A stretch of 62,776 bases of DNA, counting the filler, from Perkinsus olseni (lineage: Eukaryota), in the NCBI GenBank assembly GCA_013115125.1. It is 32 parts of 32 records of this genome, joined end to end, with 100 filler letters (N's around TTAATTAATTAA, not from the genome) between each part and the next. Parts side by side here need not be neighbours in the genome. Positions count along the whole stretch, not along the records: positions 47,507 to 49,335 come from JABANN010001720.1; positions 49,436 to 51,262 come from JABANN010001721.1; positions 51,363 to 53,186 come from JABANN010001722.1; positions 53,287 to 55,110 come from JABANN010001723.1; positions 55,211 to 57,034 come from JABANN010001724.1; positions 57,135 to 58,950 come from JABANN010001725.1; positions 59,051 to 60,866 come from JABANN010001726.1; 25 more parts are not named here. The stretch is one strand, 5' to 3'. The stretch's first letter is position 1. The number at the start of each line of letters is the position of its first letter. Under the pieces are notes generated by a model, which was not told where the DNA came from, searched no databases, and saw only the letters and a list, made by a program, of their open reading frames with translations. Made by a program: the position numbers and the translations under genes. Positions 48,489 through 59,403 of the stretch are shown here, in pieces.

Positions 48489-49301
48489 TCAGAAAAAGCA
48501 TGAGCGAACCACGAATGGTACGATAAACTCTTCCTTCGAAGCAGTATCCCCGACGTCAACGACTGACAACAGCGCAGTAGTATCAGTTACCCGCAGGTTA
48601 CGCATCCACATGTCCAAGCGAGACTTGAAGATATTCGTAACCCAAACCGTGCACTCAGACTGCAAGTCCACTATCGCACCGATGAATTCATCTTGCATAG
48701 TTGCAATGGCACATGCGTAACGTGCATTTGTAGGAAAAAGTTTAACTACCTGAACTTTAAAATGATCGCTTATCAATATCTCGATAATATCATCGCTATC
48801 CACATTAGCCGGTCGAGCAACCCTGGCCAGTACTAGCCCTTCCTCTTCAGGGTCTGCACCGTCGTTGCATCGGCAAACGATGTTATTGGTTGATACAAAG
48901 TCACAGTCCAAACTAGCTATATCAACTTGTAGCCTCCCAACGCACTGCCAAAACGGAGTTTCGTTGTGATGGTTCAAATCCAGACGATAAACGTAGGTAT
49001 CAAAAATGGGCTCGTCATACTCATCAGCAGATCTCTCAGTTGCGGCGATGCAGAAACTATTACACACAATCGTAGCATAGTGATCGACAAGACAAACGCT
49101 CGAGAAGGTCTTCGGCGTTTCTCGTTCAACGAATTCACGACCGTCCAAACACGTCCAGTAGATATGGTGCCAGTCTCGCAGTCTAGTCACCACGGCGAAA
49201 CCACAATTCACGTATATGTCATAAATATCGAACGACGGCCGACGTAGTTGAGTCAAGTACTGGGTGGACGGTGGAAAAGCGTCGATCCCACCCCCACCCA
49301 T
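48489..49301 (-). CDS. Hypothetical protein
   Basis: 270-codon ORF; no recognised motif. Confidence 0.4.
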   Translation of the reverse strand: MGGGGIDAFPPSTQYLTQLRRPSFDIYDIYVNCGFAVVTRLRDWHHIYWTCLDGREFVERETPKTFSSVCLVDHYATIVCNSFCIAATERSADEYDEPIFDTYVYRLDLNHHNETPFWQCVGRLQVDIASLDCDFVSTNNIVCRCNDGADPEEEGLVLARVARPANVDSDDIIEILISDHFKVQVVKLFPTNARYACAIATMQDEFIGAIVDLQSECTVWVTNIFKSRLDMWMRNLRVTDTTALLSVVDVGDTASKEEFIVPFVVRSCFF

Positions 49302-49435
49302 TCACACACTTTTCGCCCGCGCGGGGAGGGGCCCGNNNNNNNNNNNNNNNNNNNNNNNNNNNNNNNNNNNNNNNNNNNNTTAATTAATTAANNNNNNNNN
49401 NNNNNNNNNNNNNNNNNNNNNNNNNNNNNNNNNNN

Positions 49436-49469
<34 letters not shown>
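49436..49469 (+). repeat. (ATG)n microsatellite
   Basis: Directly visible. Confidence 0.95.
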
Positions 49470-49619
49470 GTGCATCGCACTGCTGCTGCTTACGGATGAG
49501 TAACCGAAATACCTTTTAAGTGCCACCACCTATAGTATGGTTTTCTCCTGCTGTTCTATTCCGGTTGGGTTACAGTCGGTTACGGAGGGGAGTGCTTCGT
49601 TAGTTCTTGGGTAGCGGTG

Positions 49620-51262
49620 ATGGCTTCGGTGAACGACCAGGAGGAGGCTGCCGCTGACTCTGCCGTGTCGTACTTCCCAGACCCGCCGTTGGAGGCGTTC
49701 TCGGTCTATGGCGGACTCGAGTTGGATAAGTACATAAGGGAGCTAGGAGAGCAGTACTGGAAGTATCGGGTAGGAGGAGTGGCTCCATCTGGCATGGGGA
49801 AGAATCCTTCCGGGTGCGGTTAGGTATCTTCGAGTAACAACAACCTGTCTGGTATCAGCCGATGGAAGTTGCCGCCGCCGGTGAAGACTATGGCCCCTAG
49901 TGTCCAGCAGGAGGCGGTAGAAGAGCAGCAACAGCAGGAAGGTAGTGCCGCGGGAGCATACGCCGGTCGGGACGCTTCGACTCAGTCACGACCCCGACGC
50001 CAGCGGCCTCAAATAGTTCGGAGAGCAGCGCGGAAGTCCCTGCAGCGCCCTCGGAGGGAGGCGAGCCAGCGGCGGCATCATCAGTGCCGAGACTACAACG
50101 GCCGAAGAAATGCTTCCTTCACAAGAAGCCTCGGCCGCACACCTGCGCCAAGTGCCGTAAATACGCTGAGGAGATGGAGGTGTTTAATAAGAGCCTCATT
50201 AAGATGGCTGGTAGTAAACTGACCTGCGGCATTGGTCGAGTACTTTTTCGGGTCCCACTAGTTGAAGTCGCCGATTGACGGCGCGATTATCGACACCTCG
50301 GTTCCTTGCGGCATTGGTCGTTTTCGCTTGAATTTGTTCTTCGAAAGATTCCGAGGCGAAGAATTGAAATGCCCTCACAGTTGTTCAGGGAGTTTTGAAC
50401 CACCCTATTCTTGCAGTCGCAGTGGATAATGCTGGAGGGAAAGATTTCATACTAGTTCTTAGTAGTCTCTCGAGGAAGCTGGGCTCAGTTTTTGTCTGTG
50501 AGGAAAGAAGCTGCCACCATAGGGGACCCCTCAACGCTCAGAATGTGTTTCGAACGGTGCTCGGGTTGGGGGCTCCGACCTGCCTTCGGATGTCTTGTTT
50601 TTGGCAATCCATTGGTGACGTCCTGTGAGAATTGAGTCTTCGGTAGATCCGACCAGAAGAGCTCCGAGCGAGTCTTCCAGATCGGACGAGGGCGATGCGG
50701 CGGGCGTGGACGTTGATGGTACGGGAGCCCTCATCGTAGTCAACGAAGGCCCGATGTACGGCCTCTACCCGACGTTAGTGCAGAACATTAGATCGTCAGA
50801 GTAAGGGAGGGCGTCAGCATTGGTGGCGTTCACAGCATTCCCTACAGTTACTTCAAGAAGGGCTTAGGGGAGGTCACCTCGGTGCAGGAGGTCGTGGACG
50901 AGGTCGAGCGGGCTGCGGAACACGCTGAGCCGTAGGATTAGATGATTATTACAGCGGAGCGAAGCTCTCCTGGTGTTTCAGATACAATGTGGGCGCGTTG
51001 AACATTCCGTCCACGCTCTTCTGTTGCCTCTATAAACTCTGTACTACTGAGCAGCTGCGGCTGGCGACGGCGGTCAGAGCTCGTCCGCAGGTACTCTGGG
51101 ACCCACTCCTGGCGATTTACGGCACATGCTGGGGAAGAGGCGGAACCCGTAAGGGAGGGTTATCGGAGGGTCATTCCTCAATGCTTGGCAGGTACGTCGT
51201 TTGCCTGGGGTTGCTGTACTTACGCTGCGTGGCTCGGCCGTCGACACTCTGGACCTGGTTTT
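49620..51262 (+). CDS. PRP38-family splicing factor (PRP38B-like), multi-exon, partial; 5' extent uncertain
   Basis: GLYPTLVQNIRSS|YFK..L.EVTSVQEVVDEV...HAEP, PSTLFCCLYKL and YVVCLGLLYLR..ARPSTLWTWF match PRP38 domain motifs. Confidence 0.78.
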
Positions 51263-53387
51263 NNNNNNNNNNNNNNNNNNNNNNNNNNNNNNNNNNNNNN
51301 NNNNNNTTAATTAATTAANNNNNNNNNNNNNNNNNNNNNNNNNNNNNNNNNNNNNNNNNNNNAGCCCCAGCATGCGAGGCTCATGCGTCTTCAGGACTTC
51401 TATGAGGCGACGCTGCACCACTTGGCCGCGTGCGAGGCCTATGCGGATGTGCAGGCTTCGTCTGAGGGAGAGAACGGTGAGAAACCCTACTGGCCGATAC
51501 GATCCCTAGCGGTTTCACATCAGTTCCAGAGTATCTCACCGTTGCGACTTCGAAGCTATCTCGTCCTCCTCGTCAAGCATCCACTCTAGCTATGAGAGTA
51601 AACTTTGGTCGGTGGCTGAGCCGCTTTTTGGACAAGAGAGGGTATCAATCTTGGCCGGGCTGGTTCTCCGATGGTCGAGTGATTCACGTTGTGCTGAGAA
51701 GCACATTCCCTCCCCTCAACCGAAAAAAGGGGGCTGCTCTGCGGAGCCTCGCGGTTCTTTCTGCCGCTAGTAGAGCGGAGGAGGAGGGATTGAGTTCCTA
51801 TACACCCGGGGGATTGCGCCTGAGAAAACATTTGGCGTAGCTCAATGGCACTCTCACGGATCATCCATGGATGTTGACGACTCCTGATCATCACGCCATC
51901 TTTTCGATGCTCGTTTTGTTGCATGAGAAGCCTGTGCTAGCCAGAAGAATACTACTGGCTTTTCTTCATGATTTCATTTAGTGTGCCAATCATCATTGCC
52001 GTTTTGTTTTCATCTGCCGTTGAAGGTTGAACGAGCAGGACGTTAGTCCTTCCCCAGCGTCTTCACGGCAGTTTGCAGCTTCATCGGGTTGGGCACAGTA
52101 CAGTTCGGATTTCCGATGATTCGTGCTGCCTTTGCGCTTGTGTCAATCCTGGTAGATGCGTAAGGAGGAACGCTACTGGCGGGCTTCCCCGGTTGCTTGC
52201 GTTTGCGTGAGGGGCCGTCACGGCGGCTATCTCATTTCCAGTCGGATCTCTTGAAACTACGGACGTATATTGTGGAGCCTTCGCGGCGTGAGTAACATCA
52301 ATTTGGGATATGAGAAAGTTGCGCGGAGGCACCTTCCTCAGAAAGAAAGCCTCGATGATCTGGTGGATTCCAGGTGCTCTCTTTGGAGTTGCTGATTTTT
52401 CGGGAGGTTCCGGCGCTCCATTCGGTCCCTAAGCCGTACGAGGGTCGCCGCTAAAGTGATTGCTTGAAGCAATTTGCTTCCGTCAGTAGCCACTCCCGCC
52501 AAGGGAGCGAATGAATCTCCTGAGTATCGCATCATGAACCAAGCCTTTCGGGGATCCTGCCTTTTGGGGCTTCATCAGGATGGCACGCAGGTCCATAGCG
52601 GATGAACGCAGCTATAATTCGGGCCCCGGGGAGCTGCTGTCTCCTTTTGTGACGGACCCCCGACTAATCACAAGAAGGGACACCGTTGGTGGCACGGACC
52701 GATTCGCTTCCCGAGGCTTGGTCAGGACGAGCTTGGTATTATCGGCGCTAAAATAGCACCCGTGTGGTTCGAACCGGCGACCGATGGTTGTAGATGTCGA
52801 AGTGCTACGTCGCGGCTCTGCTTTACGACACAGAAGGTGTCCCCCCTCGGCACGCCTCCGATCGAACCGAGACCTACTTTTGGAGGAACCTGCTAGGAAC
52901 TGACGCTGTGTGGGACATACCTCGACTGTGAGTGCATGGGGATAAGCCACATAGTGGCAGCGAGAACTAGTCACAATAACCGAGAGTGATATCAATCCTT
53001 CACTTATAGGTTAGTTTCTTCTGTTCATCGTCCCTGTATGTCCAAAGAAACGGAAGATACGGAGAAGCCGCGGCACCCGTTCTTTCGAACCCCGAAGAAA
53101 ACCCGCATGGACCTCCTCATCTGCTTGGGTTGTGTCTTCGCAGATTTTCTGGGGGACAACCTGCTATCCCCTTCCTACGATAGCTTNNNNNNNNNNNNNN
53201 NNNNNNNNNNNNNNNNNNNNNNNNNNNNNNTTAATTAATTAANNNNNNNNNNNNNNNNNNNNNNNNNNNNNNNNNNNNNNNNNNNNCAGGTTGGCGCAAA
53301 CAATTCGCTCTCTATAGATAATATTACTTCCTTCGCTCCGGCATTGCTCTCAGCGTGCGGCCCAAAAATGCGACTCAAGCAGCATAG

Positions 53388-53592
53388 TGTACGAGTCGTG
53401 CTCGTGTACGAGTTGACGGTGTATGAGTTTTATGTGTATGAGTTTTACGTGTATGAGTTTTATGTGTACGAGTATTATGTGTACGAGTTTCAAATGTACG
53501 AAATGACGGTGTACGGATCCAAGGGGTGAACGAGTATTCAGTGTACGAGTCGTGTAAGAAATGAAAGTGTACGAGTTTTCGGTGTACGAGTC
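53388..53592 (+). repeat. Degenerate 15-bp tandem repeat (gtgtaYgagttttat)
   Basis: More than 10 GTGTAYGAG cores abutting the integrase ORF. Confidence 0.85.
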
Positions 53593-54918
53593 GTGATACA
53601 CCCCTTAGACCATGCCTTGGAACATGTCCCGGGGGCTCGGAATAGTATTGCTGATATGCTGAGTAGAATTGGCGAAGGATATGCCCTTCAGTCGGCCCCT
53701 ACGAAGACCGCCCGCTACCGACCTACCTATGCTACACTGCCCTCCGAGAGACCAAAGCTGAGGCCTTCCTTCGAGATCGACGAGGCCATGGTGGAGCGAG
53801 CACTATGCGCGTATACCGAAGATGAGTCGGTATGGCAGGGTGTGACCATCGCTGAGATCTTCCAGTACCTAACTCGTCCGGATGGACGAGTTAGGTGGAC
53901 CAATCCGGCTCCACGTGACCAATCCGGATCTATTAAGGCGTGGATAGATGGGGGCCTTTTCGTCCTTTCTGACGAAGGACTGATGTTCACTGTGTCCGTC
54001 TACGCCTCCTCTCGCGCGGGGTATGTAATGGTCGTCCCGATTGACTGCGAGGCAAGTATTGTCACCACCGACGGAGTGGATGTCTATGACGGTCTTCGAT
54101 GCCTCAGGGGCCAGCTGCTGTACAGGGCCCATGATGAGCTCCTAAGCGGCAGTACCCACATGAGCGTGGGGGCAAGTATGAACGTACTTCGCGAGTCAGC
54201 GTGGTGGCCGGGTATGCTGAGTGACCTGAGGCACCACATCTCTCAGTGCCCTGTTTGCTCTACCTCGACTCGGCGTCTCCGGAAGCAAGTTCCCTCACGC
54301 CCTTTACCTCCACGCGGTCGATTCCAGGAGTTGCAGATCGATCACAAGGAGCTGCCTCCCCAATTGAAAGCCCGGCTTGAAGGGGCTCATGAGACTGGAG
54401 CCATACTGTCGATGGTGGACCGCATGACCGGCGAGCTGGCACTGGAGTATGTCAAGAACAAGGGCGCTGTGGTCACGGCACATACGGTCATAAGAAGATG
54501 GTTCTGCAAACGTGGTATATGCACCAGGTTTTCTTCTGATAACGGAAGCAGTTTTGTCTCCGACCTGGGCAAGGTTCTATCATCGGTCCTTGGCTACCAA
54601 CTCAAGTTCTCCTGTGTCCGCCATCCACAAGGATCGGCAAATGTAGAGAGAGCCAACTCTGCGGCTAGCCTCGCGTTGAACTTCATAAGCGAGTCTGGCG
54701 ACTGCGAGGATGTGGGCGATCTTGAAATGCACCTGGCATCTGCCGAGTTTGCGTACAACCACAACTCGGGAGTTTTCCGCCGTCTGTTTGGAGAAGACGT
54801 CCCAACACCGTTGACTACTCACCAGTCTGAGCCTGCGGGAGATATCGACCCCGTTGAGTTGGACGGCAGAGCTGAAAGTTTCAGAAGATCAGCTTGGTTT
54901 CAGCCTGAAACCAAATGA
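53593..54918 (+). mobile_element. LTR retrotransposon RNase H end plus integrase, truncated
   Basis: HVPGARNSIADMLSR, H...H..WWPGM..CPVC, QIDH, SSDNGSSF, HPQGSANVERAN. Confidence 0.88.
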
Positions 54919-55953
54919 GGGAATGACTATCCTTGATATCGGCTTGGCTTACGAATAGTTCGTCCATAACGTGTCACTCGGAGTAGAGGACTAGTAGAAG
55001 TATGGTGTAGACTTCTCAGAAGATGACGATGACGACGATCTGTTAGTAGTCTGCCCAGTGAGAACACTGCTCTGGTTTGAGTTTGACATAGATAACCGTA
55101 CTGTTTGAAGNNNNNNNNNNNNNNNNNNNNNNNNNNNNNNNNNNNNNNNNNNNNTTAATTAATTAANNNNNNNNNNNNNNNNNNNNNNNNNNNNNNNNNN
55201 NNNNNNNNNNGAGTATGATCGATAAACTTATTCCTCTTCTCAGGGGCCTTGTCACTAGCATAAGCGTTAGGGCAAGTGAAAGCCTGAGGGACGGGAGTCA
55301 TACCCTTGAAGAATGGGACGGGGAAGGACATTCTGTAGTGAAGTTGATTAATAACTATAAATCTGATACTGATCGAAGAACATAAACATTTATTCGAACC
55401 GCCACCCGACAATCACCACGCTTTGTCTTCAAGATGTGTGTGATAGTAGATAACGTCGCTACGATATACCGCTGTGCTCAGCTAAGGCCATCGCTGAAGA
55501 CAATACGGTGCTCCGAGCTGCGCTAGATCAGGTCGAGGAGCGTCGCTAAGGTCTTGCGGGTACATAGCGTCCATTCTATATGAGAGAAGGGGCCCAGTGG
55601 ATGTTATATTTGTGCGTCCCTCGCCTGAACATGTTGCAAACGTGGAATCCTGAGGTTCGTGGCTATACGGAAGGACAATCGCACATCAAGCCGCCACCGT
55701 AATTTATAGTTGTATAACCGTTCGACATTCGTACCTGCAGAATTGCTCGAACGCTGCTATACAACAGGGGTTATGAAAAGATGGAGAGGGTGAAAAACAA
55801 AAGTAGGAGACAAACTTTGTACAAGAGAAATCACCCCTCTCAGAAGCAGCGGAGGTAGGAACGCCTCAAAGATTCGTGGCGTATTGTAGAAAGACTCCGA
55901 GGACTTGTCGCTCAGCCACTAAGCTCCGACGGTGGCCTGTTTGACCCCCGAGA

Positions 55954-56815
55954 TTAACCGTTTGGCCTTCTCGAAAAACTGCTCTGTTCTCCCGAAAAAA
56001 ACTGTTCGGGTTCCGCGAGAAACTGTTTGGCCTCCACGAGAAACTCTTCTAACTTCCTGAGAAAATCTTCCGCTTTCCCAAGAAACTCCTCTGCTCTCCC
56101 GAGAAACTCCTCTGCTCTCTCGAGAAACTCCTCTGCTCTCTCGAGAGACTCTTCTGCTTTTCGACACACCCTTCTGTTTTCCCGAGTAACAGTTTTCCCT
56201 CCACGAGAAACTCTTCTGCTCTCCCGAGAAACTGTTTATCCTCCACGACAAACTGCTTGGCCTCCACGACAAACTGTTTGGCCTCCACGACAAACTGTTT
56301 GGCCTCCACGACAAACTGTTTGGCCTCCACGACAGACTGTTTGGCCTCCACGACAAACTGTTTGGCCTCCAAGAAACTCTTCTGCTTTCCCGAGAAACTC
56401 TTTTGCTCTCCCGACAAACTGTTTGGCCTCCACGACAAACTGTTTGGCCTCCACGACAAACTGTTTGGCCTCCACGAAACTCTTCTGCTCTCCCAAGAAA
56501 CTCTTCTGCTCTCCCAAGAAACTCTTCTGCTCTCCCGAGAAACTGTTTGGCCTCCACGACAAACTGTTTGGCCTCCACGACAAACTGTTTGGCCTCGACG
56601 ACAAACTGTTTGCCCTCGACGACAAACTGTTTGCCCTCGACGACAAACTGTTTGCCCTCGACGACAAACTGTTTGCCCTCGGCGACAAACTTTNNNNNNN
56701 NNNNNNNNNNNNNNNNNNNNNNNNNNNNNNNNNNNNNNNNNNNNNNNNNNNNNNNNNNNNNNNNNNNNNNNNNNNNNNNNNNNNNNNNNNNGTTTGCCCT
56801 CGGCGACAAACTTAC
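55954..56815 (-). repeat. Composite 21-bp minisatellite potentially encoding heptads FVVEAKQ / FLGRAEE
   Basis: Two interleaved unit types, aaactgtttggcctccacgac and aaactcttctgctctcccgag; stop-free in all six frames; several indels. Confidence 0.85.
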
Positions 56816-56954
56816 CACCCCACTGTAACTGTATAACCAACACAACACAATAATGCCCACTAGTACAGACCTCGCGGATGATTCCCCCACAAGGATCTTA
56901 TAAACTAGACATATTATGACTCATTCGATAGCCAAAAGCAGCTACTCGGATAGT

Positions 56955-57034
56955 TTACATTAGTGCAAGTCCCTTGGATGCACCAATACGAGTGGCACCA
57001 GCAGCAACGAGATCATCCATCTCCTGCTTGGTGT
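56955..57034 (-). CDS. deoC: Deoxyribose-phosphate aldolase C-terminus
   Basis: TKQEMDDLVAAGATRIGASKGLALM* contains the DERA AGATRIGxS phosphate-binding motif. Confidence 0.75.
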
Positions 57035-57472
57035 NNNNNNNNNNNNNNNNNNNNNNNNNNNNNNNNNNNNNNNNNNNNTTAATTAATTAANNNNNNNNNN
57101 NNNNNNNNNNNNNNNNNNNNNNNNNNNNNNNNNNATCGGATAATCCTGGCGTATGAGAGTCGAGTAGACTGCCCGAGAATACCTCGATGAACATGCGGGG
57201 TATTCCAGTCAGGGACCCGCTCCTAACTCAGAACATCCTTCATAGTGGACACGAGTGAGACTCCATTATTGAGCAAACGTCGCGAATTAGGCTCCCTGCC
57301 GTAAACAGCAACGGCGATTCTAGCAGCAAATCAGATCCGTCGGACTCAGAAGCTTCCGTTCATGATCAATCCCACAGTGGTTTTCCCACTGGTAGTTTCA
57401 ATTGTCAGATTTTGGCCAAGTTGGGGGATCTTGGCGAAATTTGGTAGCCAGTCCCATGATTATAGTATCATG

Positions 57473-57554
57473 GACACTTTGGCCGAGTGGTTAAGACGGC
57501 GGCCTGGTAAGCCGTTGGGCTCTGTCCGCGAGGGTACGAATCTCTTAGGTGTCG
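57473..57554 (+). tRNA. tRNA with a Ser-type body and a GGT (Thr) anticodon, probably a pseudogene
   Basis: 82 nt; acceptor GACACTT/AGGTGTC+G; anticodon stem GCGGC/GCCGT with loop CTGGTAA; long variable arm; T-loop TACGAAT and a D-stem mismatch. Confidence 0.75.
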
Positions 57555-57692
57555 TTCCTGCAGATGGGTACGTTCATGTCAATCCTCATGAGTATCAATA
57601 GTTCTGCAGATGGGGTGGATACAATATACTGCGTAGGGTGGTATGAAGTTCTCGTCTCTCCGCTCTTTGTCGCATGGTATAATCGGTAGACA

Positions 57693-58021
57693 GAGTGAAT
57701 CCATTTTTCTGAGGAGTTTTCCGGTATCCTGAGGATGGCTTTGGAGCTCGCCCGACACTACTAACCCCTTACACTGCGCGGCCTTCGGGTTTTTGGTGAA
57801 GGTCGCCCGAAGGGCGACCTGAGCCGGGTTTCGGGTTGACGGGGGTTACGGTCCGCACTCCACTAGGTCTTGGTCAACTTTTTTAAGGCGTAACAGCCTT
57901 ACATCCGAGCTACTAACACGCTCATTCTACTGCCGTGCGAACTCACAATACTTCAATCCAAGGCGGGCGAAATACCATTCCTCACGATTCTACTTTTTTC
58001 CTCAGAAAACCGACTTTACTC
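57693..58021. mobile_element. 329-bp Mutator-like non-autonomous element with 10-bp TSD
   Basis: TCGGTAGACA at 57683-57692 and 58022-58031; imperfect ~60-bp TIRs GAGTGAATCCATTTTTCTGAGGA vs (rc) GAGTAAAGTCGGTTTTCTGAGGA. Confidence 0.8.
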
Positions 58022-58037
58022 TCGGTAGACATGGATA

Positions 58038-58111
58038 TACCCGATGCAGGATTCGAACCTACGACCATCTGCTCCGTAGGCAGACATTTTATCCAGCTGA
58101 ACTAATCGGGC
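58038..58111 (-). tRNA. tRNA-Arg(ACG)
   Basis: GCCCGAT/ATCGGGT+A acceptor, TCTGC-CTACGGA-GCAGA anticodon arm, GTAGG-TTCGAAT-CCTGC T arm; D-stem has one mismatch. Confidence 0.85.
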
Positions 58112-59403
58112 AGTTGATGGCCTGGCAATGCACGTATCTTGGACCGGCAGGTCCATCTCGATCACCATGCCAAAAATTGAATCATCCGGACGATAATCGC
58201 ACCGAACGATCCTATGAGTAAAGTGGACTGCCCGAGAATGCTTCAGTAATCATGTTGGATACTCCTATCAGGGGTCCTCTCCCAACTCGGAGCATTCTCT
58301 CTACTGGATACAATCAGGTCACATGTGAATTCATTATCGTGGATACTTCGCGAGCTAGGTACCCCGCTGAGGCTGCTGAAAATACCATCGGCGATTCCAT
58401 CGGCTGTGCCGAACTGCGATGAGTTCCTCCGTCTCTCCATAGACGTAGCCTATGATTATGACCATCGTCCTGTCCTTTACCTTCACGCTCACCTTCTCTC
58501 TCGCCCTCTCGTGACGTGACGCGCCCTACGAGCCCCACACGTCATGTCTCTGGGTTTTCAGATTTTTCTTCAAGTTTTCGGAACTAGCTTCCCGTCTGCC
58601 TTGCCTAGGCCGAGTTCGTCAATTGGCACACTGCACATCGAGGTAGGTGCGATCAGATAGCTCTCAAGTTTCAGGGAGGCTCGTCGACTCATCCAGCTGC
58701 TCGACGATAGGCTCGGGCAAAGAGTCAACTTCCGGGCCTCTTAATTTTGTCGCCATTCCCGAGATTTTATCGCAACTCAGAATTCTTCTCGTGAGGTCCT
58801 CATCGGAGAGTCCACTAGCCGCAGTGGAATATTCTGCATGGGAGAAAGAAGCGAGTTTACGACGAATATCTGCGAGACTCATAAAGTAGCTCAAGTGCCA
58901 ACCACCGCGCGGAACCGACTGAATCTTGAAACACTCGCAGGGTCGTAGAANNNNNNNNNNNNNNNNNNNNNNNNNNNNNNNNNNNNNNNNNNNNTTAATT
59001 AATTAANNNNNNNNNNNNNNNNNNNNNNNNNNNNNNNNNNNNNNNNNNNNTTTGGCACCGTGGGGCTTATGGCGATTCGCCATTGGTGAAGATGTATCTA
59101 CGCACTTGAAGTGAGAGTTACATGGTCATGGTCATCGCGGAGTCGCGGCTCGATAGTGCTGGCTATAAGCGCCGCGGTGGAGCTTGTTTCGCGTGCACTA
59201 CTGAACGCAAACATCTTCGCATGGTTATAACATCTCATTACCACAACGAGGCAAGAACCCGCATATCGAATTTCACACACAGTAGTCAAACCTACACGAC
59301 TGAGGACAGGCTACGGCACGAATTGTCAACGACAACAGACTACAAGGGCCCCCTTCGTCAGCAATCCCTCGTTGAGGTTGTAATGGATAAGAACGGACTC
59401 AGT

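Noticed and set aside
56831-56890. Signal peptide on ORF 55919-56890
   Set aside because: Non-ATG start, and the T/G-rich stretch looks like an intron or 3' flank of deoC.
57761-57769. CTAACCCCT as a telomerase RNA template
   Set aside because: It is paired with GGGGGTTA in the predicted fold, lies inside a TSD-flanked element, and the telomere repeat of the organism is not visible here.
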